DNA from: Actinomycetota bacterium
Lineage (GTDB): Bacteria; Actinomycetota; UBA4738; HRBIN12
Assembly: GCA_026003015.1 (NCBI GenBank)
Contig: BPGL01000001.1
Location: 1,006,717-1,070,716 of the forward strand
Direction: 5' to 3'
DNA length: 64,000 nucleotides
Shown: piece by piece, positions 20,983 through 29,830 of the stretch
How the letters are laid out: each line of letters begins with the position of its first letter
Position numbering within the stretch: position 1 is the first letter of the stretch
Translations under genes and position numbers: made by a program
The notes under the pieces: model-generated
The model's input: the letters and a program-made list of their open reading frames with translations, nothing else
Told to the model about the DNA's origin: nothing
The model's database searches: none

Positions 20983-21870
20983 CCACGCGGGCAGGTCCTC
21001 GTACCCGTGGGCGCGCAGGATCGACGCGAGCCTCGCGTTGTGCGGTGCGAACAGCTCCTCCAGGTGACGCCGCGTCGCGGGATCCATCGTCTCGGGCGTA
21101 CGGCGCCGGTTCAGGGCGTAGTACGCCCGTCGGAGCGGAGCCTTGAGCCGTCGTCGTCCCCCCAGGAGCCGCTCACGGTTCAAGAACAGCGCCACCCGCT
21201 GCAGCAACCGACTGCGCACCAGCTCCGTCCGGTTCTCGATCGAGAAGGTGAACGAGCGAACGCACACCTCGTCGATCCCGAGCCAGCGCGCCAGATCGAC
21301 GACCACCGCCCTCGGGTCCTCGGCGAGGTGTTCGGCGAACACGACCCGCAGGTCGCCGCCGAACGACTCGAGCCAGGGCTCGATGTGGTCGGCGTAGACG
21401 CCACCCGCCAGGTGCCACCACGGTCGGGTCTCGGGCGTGAGCGGCGCTTGCTCCCGCCAGATGTGCTCGGATCGCTCCACGTAGGCCTCGAAGCTCAGGG
21501 TCTCGGGCACCGGCCCCAGGCGGCTCTTCGTGAAGCGGAACTGCGACCACAGTCGCTCTACGGGGTCTCGCAGGCTGATCACGACGCGGGGCCTACCGAG
21601 CAGGCGGCGCATCGCCTGGATCACGGGCGCCCCGCCGTGGAAGTACTGCGGGCTCGCCTCCATCGCGTACCGCTCGCCGCGGCAGTGCCGGAAGTGGCGC
21701 TCGTAGGTCTCGACGGGCGGCAGCTCCGTGCCGCCCTCGGTGAGCCCGGCGAAGTAGCGGATCTCCTTCTCGTCAGACGCGCAGATGTCGGGATGCTGGG
21801 ACAGGTACCAGAACAGCGAGGTCGTGCCGGCCTTGCCGACGCCGGCGATCACGAGGTTCGGGAGCGTCAC
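20869..21870 (-). CDS. Sulfotransferase (4 of 6)
   Basis: PNLVIAGVGKAGTTSL, QHPDI, KEIRYF, EASPQY, LRDPVERLWS. Confidence 0.92.
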   Translation of the reverse strand: MTLPNLVIAGVGKAGTTSLFWYLSQHPDICASDEKEIRYFAGLTEGGTELPPVETYERHFRHCRGERYAMEASPQYFHGGAPVIQAMRRLLGRPRVVISLRDPVERLWSQFRFTKSRLGPVPETLSFEAYVERSEHIWREQAPLTPETRPWWHLAGGVYADHIEPWLESFGGDLRVVFAEHLAEDPRAVVVDLARWLGIDEVCVRSFTFSIENRTELVRSRLLQRVALFLNRERLLGGRRRLKAPLRRAYYALNRRRTPETMDPATRRHLEELFAPHNARLASILRAHGYEDLPAWLRRDEGRSTLERGLGRHRLGPAERGGDRGQGEDRGGA

Positions 21871-22826
21871 GGCGACCCTCGGTAGCCGTAGCGGACCAAC
21901 AGCGGCCAGGTGAGCGCGGTCACCACGCGCCGGTGCGTCGGCGACAGCCGGTGACGCCAGGCGTCGTCCTCGCGCAGGGGCAGGCGACCGGCCTCCAACC
22001 GCATGCGACTGCCGGCGGCGAGGTGATCGGTCGGCAGCTCCACCCAGCCCTCACCGATGAACCCCAGGTCGTCGACCCGCCGCTCGATCCCAAGCTCGCT
22101 CAGCACGCGCAGCAGGGCCCCCTTGGGCGAACGAACGAGCTCCTCGTAGCGGAGACGCGACGTCGGGACGCCGAGCCCGGCCAGCGCGTCGAACGAGAGG
22201 TTCATCCAGATCCACTTCTCGCCGGACTTGGGAGGCGGGCGGCGCACCCGGAACTCGTCCGAGCGAGCTCCCTGGCGGTGGACCCACTTCGTCTTCGAGT
22301 ACGCCACACCGCGGCTGTCGCGCACGAGGTGCACAACGCGCAGGTCGACCTCGGGCATCCTGCTCACCATGTAGACGTGCGCGGGCTGCTTCATCGAGTC
22401 GACGATGACCCGCCCGCCGGACGCGCGATGGATCCCCACGTACAGCCGACCCATCAGCGCTTGGTAGCGACGCAGGTCGGCGCCGTAGCGCCGGGACAGC
22501 GACGGCCGGAGGATCAGGGGCAGAGCGAGGGCGTGGGGCGCCCGCCCCCGAAGCGTCAGGCCGTCGCGCAGGCGCGTGGCCTCGGCGGTGTCCACGCGGT
22601 CCCAGCCGCCGAAGGCCTCCTCGCCCACGGCCGTCCAGAACGGGCAGGCGCGGAACGGCTCCCCGCACCCGCAGGCCATGTCCTCCACGAGCCCCTTGTC
22701 CCACACACGACCGGTCTCACCCACGGCGACGAGGCCCGGCACCTGCCCGAGCATCCGAGCGAGCAGCGTGGACCCGCTCTGGCCGATCGCACCGATGCAC
22801 AGCACGGGGATGCGCTCCATCGACAT
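21867..22826 (-). CDS. Sulfotransferase (5 of 6)
   Basis: IGAIGQSGSTLL, VGE, CGCG...CPFW, IVDSMK, HLVRDSRGVAYS, LRYEEL. Confidence 0.88.
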   Translation of the reverse strand: MSMERIPVLCIGAIGQSGSTLLARMLGQVPGLVAVGETGRVWDKGLVEDMACGCGEPFRACPFWTAVGEEAFGGWDRVDTAEATRLRDGLTLRGRAPHALALPLILRPSLSRRYGADLRRYQALMGRLYVGIHRASGGRVIVDSMKQPAHVYMVSRMPEVDLRVVHLVRDSRGVAYSKTKWVHRQGARSDEFRVRRPPPKSGEKWIWMNLSFDALAGLGVPTSRLRYEELVRSPKGALLRVLSELGIERRVDDLGFIGEGWVELPTDHLAAGSRMRLEAGRLPLREDDAWRHRLSPTHRRVVTALTWPLLVRYGYRGSP

Positions 22827-22944
22827 CGCGCCCTCAGGGGTCGGGGAAGGTGCAGAAGGGACGTCAGTATAGGGTCGCACGACCCGCGCTGCTAGACTGC
22901 CGGCCACCGCCCCCGAGCCGCCCCCGAGAAGGAGGTGAGCCTCC

Positions 22945-23802
22945 CTGGCGACCCCGCGCGCCGACGATCGCCCCACGGTGATCTTCCTGCACATCGGCAA
23001 GACCGCGGGCTCGTCGCTGCGTCGGATCCTGCGCAGACAGTTCCCGGCGCGGGAGGTCCTCGAGTTCCGAGCACCGCTGCCCGAACCGGGGCGCCTGCGC
23101 CGGGAAGGCGCGGTCGCCGCCTTCGCGACGATCCCCGAGGCCGACCGAGCCCGCGCCCGCCTGATCATGGGGCACACGACCTTCGGGCTGCACGAGCTCG
23201 TGCCCCGGCCGAGCACGTACATCACGATGCTCCGCGACCCGGTGGCGCTCGTCGTCTCCCTGTACGGGCACATCCTTCGCACCGAGCGCCACATCCTGCA
23301 CGACGAGGTCGTCAGCAGGGGACTCTCGCTGGGCGGGTTCGTTCGCAGCGGGATCTCCGTGGAGGCCGACAACAGCCAGACCCGCGCCCTCGCCGGCGAC
23401 ACGTCCACCCCGTTCGGGGGCTGCACGGAGGCGATGCTCGAGCGCGCCAAGACCAACGTGGAACGCCACGTCGCCGTAGCCGGACTGACGGAGCGTTTCG
23501 ACGAGTCGCTGCTGCTGCTCGGGCGGACCTTCGGCTGGACCCGCCTGTACTACGTGGCCATGAACACCGCGCCGAGGCGGATCGAGCCGACGGCGGAGGA
23601 GATCGAGGAGATCCGGGAGCGCAACCGCTTGGACCTCGACCTGTACGCGTGGGCCGCAGCCCGGTTCGAGGAGCAGCTCGCCGCCGACCCGAGCTTCGAC
23701 GATCGGCTCCGGCGGTTCCGCCGCGCGAACCGCCTGTACCGCCCCTGGGGTCAGCTCACGTGGGCGCTGCCCACCCGGGCGGCCGCCCGTCTGGCGCGCT
23801 AG
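22945..23802 (+). CDS. Sulfotransferase family 2 protein (6 of 6); probable CTG start
   Basis: IFLHIGKTAGSS, MGH, YITMLRDPV, DNSQTR, GLTERFDESL, NRLDLDLY; SD AAGGAGGTGA points to in-frame CTG 22945 (first canonical start GTG 22978). Confidence 0.88.
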   Translation: MATPRADDRPTVIFLHIGKTAGSSLRRILRRQFPAREVLEFRAPLPEPGRLRREGAVAAFATIPEADRARARLIMGHTTFGLHELVPRPSTYITMLRDPVALVVSLYGHILRTERHILHDEVVSRGLSLGGFVRSGISVEADNSQTRALAGDTSTPFGGCTEAMLERAKTNVERHVAVAGLTERFDESLLLLGRTFGWTRLYYVAMNTAPRRIEPTAEEIEEIRERNRLDLDLYAWAAARFEEQLAADPSFDDRLRRFRRANRLYRPWGQLTWALPTRAAARLAR

Positions 23803-24959
23803 CCGCGCGCCTCGATCGCCGCGCCGTAGGCGTCCTCGAGGGCACGAAGGCCGGCCTGCGGCCCGTACCGGTCCCGCCACAGGGCCGCCGCCCGGTCGCC
23901 GAGGCGACGGACCTCGGCGTCCTCCAGGAGCCGCCGACAGGCCGCCGTCCACGCCCCGGGCTCGCCGGCCGGCACGAGCAGCCCGGTCTCGCCGTGGACC
24001 ACGCCCTCGGGGAGCGCGCCGACCGCGCTGGCGACGACGGGAACGCCCGCCGCGTAGGCCTCGAGGACCGCGCGCGGCACGGCCGGCTCGGGCCAGCGCG
24101 AGGGGACGAGGACCGCGCGCGCGGCCGCGATCAGGTCCGCCGCCCGGTCGGCCGGAACCGGACCGAGCACCTCGACCTCCGGCGGGACGTCACGGCGGAG
24201 CCGTTCGGACTCAGGTCCGTCTCCGGCCACGAGCAGGCGCCCGAGCTCCGGACGCCATGCGGCGAGCAGGACGTCGACCCCCTTCTCCGGCGCGAGGCGG
24301 CCGAGGAACAGGAAGTGCTGGCCCGGGCCGTCGCGCCGGCGGGCCGGCGGGACGAAGTTCGGCTTGACGAGGATCCGCTCGGCCTCGAACCCGGCGCCCA
24401 CGTGGCGGTCGCGCACGAACGCGCTCACGGCGAGGAAGCGGTGCACGGCGGCGAACGAGCCGACGGCTCGGTGCAGGGTCAAGGAGGCGGCGAGGGCCGC
24501 GCTGCCGGCCAACGAGCCGCGGTAGCAGCGGTAGCGGACACCGCGCCAGGGGACCCGACCGACGCAGACCTCGCACGGCCGGCCGTCGCGTTCGAGCGAG
24601 GCCGGGAGGCAGAGCAGCCGGTAGTTGTGGAGGGTCACGACGACGGCCGCCCCCGCGCCGCGCGCGGCGGTCAGGACCGCCGGCGATAGGGTCGGGAACA
24701 GGTTGTGGGCGTGAACAACGTCGATGTGCTCACGCCGAACGACCCGTCGCACCGCCGCCGCGACGTCGGGCGCCCAGAGGGCTCGGGCCGCGGTACGGAT
24801 GCGATCCCGGGCGCGGTCGACCTGCGGCTCGAGCTGACGGAGCACGACCCGGTGGCCGGCGTCGGCCAGCATCCGTGCCTCGTCGACCACCACCCGGTTC
24901 TCCCCGGAGACGTCGCCGGACCGGTAGCGGGAGTGAAGGATCAGGACGCGCACGACCAT
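23799..24959 (-). CDS. GT4 glycosyltransferase
   Basis: SGENRVV, VHAHNLFP, TLHNYRLLC, FLGRLAPEKG, VPSRWPE...LEAYAAG. Confidence 0.92.
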   Translation of the reverse strand: MVVRVLILHSRYRSGDVSGENRVVVDEARMLADAGHRVVLRQLEPQVDRARDRIRTAARALWAPDVAAAVRRVVRREHIDVVHAHNLFPTLSPAVLTAARGAGAAVVVTLHNYRLLCLPASLERDGRPCEVCVGRVPWRGVRYRCYRGSLAGSAALAASLTLHRAVGSFAAVHRFLAVSAFVRDRHVGAGFEAERILVKPNFVPPARRRDGPGQHFLFLGRLAPEKGVDVLLAAWRPELGRLLVAGDGPESERLRRDVPPEVEVLGPVPADRAADLIAAARAVLVPSRWPEPAVPRAVLEAYAAGVPVVASAVGALPEGVVHGETGLLVPAGEPGAWTAACRRLLEDAEVRRLGDRAAALWRDRYGPQAGLRALEDAYGAAIEARG

Positions 24960-25017
24960 CGCCTTACCACGGCGAGTGGGCCGGTGCCAGCCGAGCCCGT
25001 GCGCCGCCGAGCGGGGA

Positions 25018-26007
25018 TCAGACCGCTTCGCGCTGCGTCCGGACGCGGCCGGCCTTCACGAGCTCGGACTCGATCCAGCGGTACGTGGCCGCGATCCCGT
25101 CCTCGAGGGACGTGCTGGGTTCCCAGCCGAGCACCTCGCGCAGCTTCGTGTTGTCGCTGTTGCGACCCCGCACCCCCTGAGGCTTGGACACATCGTGGAC
25201 CTTCACGAGGGTCTTGCCCGCAGCCGCGCAGACGAGGTCGACCAGCCCGTCGACGGTGATCAGCCGATCCGTCCCGAGGTTCAGCGGCGAGCGGTAGTCC
25301 GAGCGCATGAGGCGATGGATCCCCTCGACGCAGTCGTCGACGTAGGTGAACGACCGGGTCTGCTGGCCGTCGCCCCAGATCTCGATCGCGTCGCCGTCGG
25401 ACGCCAGGGCCACCTTCCGGCAGATCGCAGCCGGGGCCTTCTCACGGCCGCCCTCGTAGGTCCCCAGCGGGCCGTAGATGTTGTGGAAGCGGGCGACGCG
25501 GGTGTCGAGCTTGCCCTCCTCGGTGAAGTACTGGCAGAGCTTCTCCGCGTACAGCTTCTCCCAGCCGTACCCCTCCTCGGGGTCGGCGGGGTACGCGTCC
25601 TCCTCCCTGAGCGGCGTGACGTCGGGCTCGTGCTGCTTGTACATGGGGTAGATGCAGGCCGACGAGGAGTAGAAGTAGCGCTCCACGCCGTTCTCGTGTG
25701 CGGCCTGGAGCATGTGCGCGTTGATGAGCACGTTGTTGCGCGCGACGTCAGCGTGGTTCGCGGTGATGTAGCCGATGCCTCCCATGTCGGCGGCCAGCTG
25801 GTACACCTCGTCGACGTCGGCGGTGGCCTTCCGACAGTTCTCGAACTCCCGCAGGTCGAGCAGGAGGAACTCGTCGGCGTCGGTCGGCTCGTACTCGGGT
25901 TCCTTGATGTCGACGCCGCGGACCCGGTAGCCCTCGGCCTTCAGGTACTTCACGAGGTGGTGCCCGATGAACCCCCCGGCCCCCGCCACGGTCGCACGCT
26001 TCGTCAT
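25018..26007 (-). CDS. NAD-dependent epimerase, GDP-mannose 3,5-epimerase-like
   Basis: GAGGFIG, LAADMGGIGYI, SSACIYP, YGWEK, RFHNIYGP, GGREKAPAAICRK, PQGVRGRNSDN. Confidence 0.85.
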   Translation of the reverse strand: MTKRATVAGAGGFIGHHLVKYLKAEGYRVRGVDIKEPEYEPTDADEFLLLDLREFENCRKATADVDEVYQLAADMGGIGYITANHADVARNNVLINAHMLQAAHENGVERYFYSSSACIYPMYKQHEPDVTPLREEDAYPADPEEGYGWEKLYAEKLCQYFTEEGKLDTRVARFHNIYGPLGTYEGGREKAPAAICRKVALASDGDAIEIWGDGQQTRSFTYVDDCVEGIHRLMRSDYRSPLNLGTDRLITVDGLVDLVCAAAGKTLVKVHDVSKPQGVRGRNSDNTKLREVLGWEPSTSLEDGIAATYRWIESELVKAGRVRTQREAV

Positions 26008-26834
26008 CGCGATCCTCCGTTCGCCCATGACCCGCCGCGTCGCCACCCCAGCAGCTGGGCTGCGAACAGGGCGACGAAGCGGGGGTTCTGCTTCAGGTAG
26101 CGGCGCCACAGACGCCGCGGCTCGGTCGCCAGCCGGAAGGCCCACTCCAGCCCGGCCCGCTGGAGCAGGCGGGGCGCCTGGCGCTTGCGCCCGCTCAGGA
26201 AGTCGAACGCCGCTCCCACGCCGACCGTGACCGCCGGCACACGCCCCCGGTTGCGAGCCATCCACCGCTCCTGCTTCGGACACCCCAGGCCGACGAAGAC
26301 GATCCGCGCGCCCGAACGGGCGATCTCGGCCGCGCTGCGCCGCTCCTCCTCGGCGGCGAGCTCACGGAACGGCGGCGCTTCTGCGTAGACGATCCGAAGC
26401 GCCGGGAACGCGCGGGCGGCGAAGGCGCGCAGGTCGGCGAGGACCTCGGGGGTCCCGCCGTACAGGCCCACCGGCACACCCTCCGTCGCGGCGCGGGCCA
26501 GTAGCCGCGGCATCAGCTCCGGGCCGCATACGCGCGTCGCCGAGCGAACCCCCAGCCACCGCAGCCCCCACACGAGCGGCATGCCGTCGGGCGTGACGAG
26601 ATCCCCGTCGTTCATCACGTGGCGGTAGGTGGGATCGTCGTAGCTGTGCATCACGTTGTTGACGGTCGCGACGAACACCGTGCGGCTCTCCCCGTACTTC
26701 GCCCAACGGATCACCCGCTCGACCGCATCGTCGTAGGACGTCGCGTCGACCCGCATCCCCAAGATCCACCGGTATCGCAGCGGTGGCAGGAGGGCGTCGG
26801 CCGCCGACGCGGAGGGGACGTCGGTGCTCGCCAC
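26004..26834 (-). CDS. WecB/TagA/CpsF family glycosyltransferase (GT26)
   Basis: TPDGMPLVW, RVCGPEL, VGLGCPKQERW, GVGAAFDF, GLEWAFRL...EPRRLWRRY. Confidence 0.93.
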   Translation of the reverse strand: MASTDVPSASAADALLPPLRYRWILGMRVDATSYDDAVERVIRWAKYGESRTVFVATVNNVMHSYDDPTYRHVMNDGDLVTPDGMPLVWGLRWLGVRSATRVCGPELMPRLLARAATEGVPVGLYGGTPEVLADLRAFAARAFPALRIVYAEAPPFRELAAEEERRSAAEIARSGARIVFVGLGCPKQERWMARNRGRVPAVTVGVGAAFDFLSGRKRQAPRLLQRAGLEWAFRLATEPRRLWRRYLKQNPRFVALFAAQLLGWRRGGSWANGGSR

Positions 26835-26836
26835 GA

Positions 26837-28285
26837 TCAGTACGCCCCCATCCGCGCGATCGTCGCGATCACCGTCTTGGCGAGGATGTACAGGTCCAGG
26901 CCGATCGACCAGTTCTGGATGTAGTACAGGTCCATCCGCACGGCCTGCTCGGGGTCCACGTCGCTGCGGCCGTTGACCTGCCACCATCCGGTGAGACCCG
27001 CCCGCACCTCGTGCCGCGCCTCGAGCAGCTCGGGGTTCGCACGGACCTGCTCCTCCCACAGCGGCCGCGGACCGACCAAGCTCATGTCACCGCGGACGAC
27101 GTTCCACAGCTGCGGCAGCTCATCGAGGCTCGTTCGCCGAAGGAACGCCCCGATCGGGGTCAGCCTCGGGTCATCGCGGAGCTTGAAGAACGGCTTCGTG
27201 AGGTCGATCACGGCGTCCTCGAGGGCGGCGCGCTGGTCGGTGTGCATCGTGCGGAACTTCAAGCACGTGAAGATCCGGCCGTCCTTCGTGACGCGGGGCT
27301 GGCGGAACAGCACGGGGCCCGGCGAGGTGAGCCGGACGGCGATCGCGACGGCGAGCATCACCGGCGCGGCCAGGACCAGCCCGATCGACCCCAGCACGAG
27401 GTCGAACGCGCGCTTGGCGGCCGCCTGCGGCCCGGTGAGGCGCGCCGGGTGCACGCGCAGCGCCAGGAAGTCCCCGACGCTTTCGAAATCCAGGCGCTCG
27501 GTGTGCACGTCCGGGAGGTTCGCGGCGACGCGCAGCTCCAGGTCGTAGCGGCGGCTCAGGCGCCCGAGCCTGGTCATGTCGTTCGGACCGATCTCGGACG
27601 AGGCGACGAACAGGCACTCGATCCCCTCCTCCAGCACGATCCGCTCGAGATCGTCGAACCCTCCGAGGACCGACCCGGGGACCTCCTCGGGCGTGTCGGT
27701 CACGAACCCGACCGGCCGGTACCCGCGCGCCGGCGGCACGATCGCGGCGGCGATCCGGGCGGCCTCGCCGTCGCGACCCACGATCGCGGTTCGCAGGGCG
27801 AGCGTCCCGCGACGCCGGAGCGACCGCACCCCGGCGCGCCACAACCCGCGCGCCAGGAGCTCCGCGAGGAGCGCGGATCCCCACAGGAGGGCGACCCGAC
27901 CGCGAGCGATGCTGCCGTCCCACAGGGGGGTCGCCGCCTCGAGACCGAGCACCGCCACGCTCGTGGCGGCGACGATTCGGCGGAACTCCTCCAGCGGCGG
28001 CAGCAGCGCCCGCCGGTACAGCCCGAACGCCGCGAAGCACGCGGCCCAGGCGATCGGGGCGAGCCCGAGGGTCACGCCGTAGCCCACGACCGAGCTCGTC
28101 GATCCGCGGAACGCCGCCACCAGGGCGAGGGCGATCGCGACGTCGGTGAGGGCCCGGGCCAGCACGACGAGGCGGAAGCGCTGCAGCGAGGGCCGGACCT
28201 TCTCCAGGTCGAGGACCCGCACGCGCTCGGCCGTGCCGAGCGCCGCGACGGCCTCCTCGCGGCCGGTGAGGTCGAGCCGTTCCAT
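26837..28285 (-). CDS. Priming undecaprenyl-phosphate sugar-phosphotransferase (WcaJ/WbaP-like)
   Basis: N-terminal TMs; KRAFD, KFRTM, DDPRLTPIGAFLRRTSLDELPQLWNV.RGDMSLVGPRP, GLTGWWQV.GRS. Confidence 0.95.
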   Translation of the reverse strand: MERLDLTGREEAVAALGTAERVRVLDLEKVRPSLQRFRLVVLARALTDVAIALALVAAFRGSTSSVVGYGVTLGLAPIAWAACFAAFGLYRRALLPPLEEFRRIVAATSVAVLGLEAATPLWDGSIARGRVALLWGSALLAELLARGLWRAGVRSLRRRGTLALRTAIVGRDGEAARIAAAIVPPARGYRPVGFVTDTPEEVPGSVLGGFDDLERIVLEEGIECLFVASSEIGPNDMTRLGRLSRRYDLELRVAANLPDVHTERLDFESVGDFLALRVHPARLTGPQAAAKRAFDLVLGSIGLVLAAPVMLAVAIAVRLTSPGPVLFRQPRVTKDGRIFTCLKFRTMHTDQRAALEDAVIDLTKPFFKLRDDPRLTPIGAFLRRTSLDELPQLWNVVRGDMSLVGPRPLWEEQVRANPELLEARHEVRAGLTGWWQVNGRSDVDPEQAVRMDLYYIQNWSIGLDLYILAKTVIATIARMGAY

Positions 28286-28531
28286 CAGGCGACCACCCCG
28301 CCTCCGCTTCCATCCGGCGCGCCGAACGGCAACCCCCCGGACGGGGTCGCGACGCACGACCCCCGTTCGAGGGACCGTGGGTCCCTCCGGGGTCGGCCGA
28401 GAAGCGATGGGGAACGATGGCGGTGGGACCCGTTCATCACGCACCTGACGTAGGAAGGTGAACGCTAGCTTAACGGCGCAAACGGGCTACGCGATTCATC
28501 CGTTGGGGGTAAACCTCATGCGTCGTTCCGA

Positions 28532-29197
28532 CTAGGACTTCCGCCGGTCCCAGGCTCGCCCCCCGGCCCGACGCGCCAGCGCCACCGCCTCCAGGCGCGA
28601 GTGGACGCCGAGGCGGCGCAGCACGTTCTGCACGTGGCGCTTGGCCGTCTGCGGGCTGATCACGAGCGCCGCGGCGATCTCGTCGTTGCGCGCACCCGCC
28701 AGGAGCATCTCCACCACCTCCCGCTCCCGGGCCGTGAGGCGGGCCAGTCGATCGGCCGCGTCCTCCTCCGCGAGGCGCCAGGCCACCAGCTCGTCCAGGA
28801 GCGCCGCCAGGTCCGCGGGGTCGAAGGCCGCGGCCGTCCGGCCGAGCGCGACCGCGGCGTCCGCAAGCGCCTCCGGGGTGGCGTTGGGGCCGAGCGCGCC
28901 CCGGGCGCCGCCGATCACCGCCTCGGCCAGCTGACGCCGGTCGTCCACGAGCGCGAGCACCCGCGCCGGACCCGACGCCGCCACGACGTCGGCCACCGTC
29001 GCCCGGGGGTCGACCTGCAGGCCCACGAGGTCGACGGCCACGACGTCGGCCGGCCACGGCCGCCTGGCGCCCTCCCGCACGCTCGCCTGACCCACGACGC
29101 GCAGGCGTCGGTCGCGAGCGAGCACGTGCGCGAGCGCCTCGCGCACGAGCACCGGCTCACACAGCACCGCGATCTGGATCCGCTCCGGGGAGCTCAC
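28532..29197 (-). CDS. NarL/LuxR family regulator with degenerate receiver domain
   Basis: LTAREREVV...NDEIAAALVISPQTAKRHVQNVLRRLGVHSR HTH. Confidence 0.9.
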   Translation of the reverse strand: MSSPERIQIAVLCEPVLVREALAHVLARDRRLRVVGQASVREGARRPWPADVVAVDLVGLQVDPRATVADVVAASGPARVLALVDDRRQLAEAVIGGARGALGPNATPEALADAAVALGRTAAAFDPADLAALLDELVAWRLAEEDAADRLARLTAREREVVEMLLAGARNDEIAAALVISPQTAKRHVQNVLRRLGVHSRLEAVALARRAGGRAWDRRKS

Positions 29198-29829
29198 GGC
29201 GCCGCGCGGTCCAGGCCCCGCCGCGAAGCGATCGCCACCGCCTCGAGACGGGAGCCGACCCCCAGCTTCGCGAGGATGCTCTGCACGTGGGAGCGCACCG
29301 TGTTGGCCGACAGGCCGAGGTCTTCGGCGATCGCCCGTCCGCTCTTGCCCTGCGCGAGCAGGCTCAGGATCTGCCGCTCCCGGGGGGACAGGCGTCGCAC
29401 CCCGTCCGCAGCGGGCCGGCGACGGGCGCCGCGGCCGCGACCGGAGGGCTCGATCGGAGGCAGGACGATCCGGCCGGCCGCCACCGCGCGGATCGTCGCG
29501 ATCGCCGGCGCGAGCCCCTGGTCGGTGCGCACGTGCCCGTGGAAGACGGCGCGGTCCCCGGCGGGTTGCCCGGACGAGGGCTCGACCAGGGCGATCAGCC
29601 GCGCGCCCGGGACGAGCCGCGCCAGCTCGCCCCCGACGTCCCAGCCCCAGCGTCCGCCGGCGGCTTCGTCCACGAGGATCACGTCGGGCCGCGCCTCGTG
29701 GGCGACCCGTCCGGCCTCCTGCGGATCGTCAAGGACGTCGAGGACCCGGAGCCCTGCGTCCGCGAGCGCCCGGCCGAGGGCCTGGCCCGCGAGCGGCCTG
29801 CCCGCGACGATCAGGACCCTGACGTCCAC
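29194..29829 (-). CDS. NarL/LuxR family regulator with degenerate receiver domain
   Basis: RPDVILVD; LSPRERQIL...IAEDLGLSANTVRSHVQSILAKLGV HTH. Confidence 0.9.
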   Translation of the reverse strand: MDVRVLIVAGRPLAGQALGRALADAGLRVLDVLDDPQEAGRVAHEARPDVILVDEAAGGRWGWDVGGELARLVPGARLIALVEPSSGQPAGDRAVFHGHVRTDQGLAPAIATIRAVAAGRIVLPPIEPSGRGRGARRRPAADGVRRLSPRERQILSLLAQGKSGRAIAEDLGLSANTVRSHVQSILAKLGVGSRLEAVAIASRRGLDRAAP

Positions 29830-29830
29830 C

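Noticed and set aside
6850..29829. Island as an active mobile element (ICE, prophage, transposon)
   Set aside because: No integrase, transposase, tRNA or matching terminal repeat found at the far end; composition looks host-like
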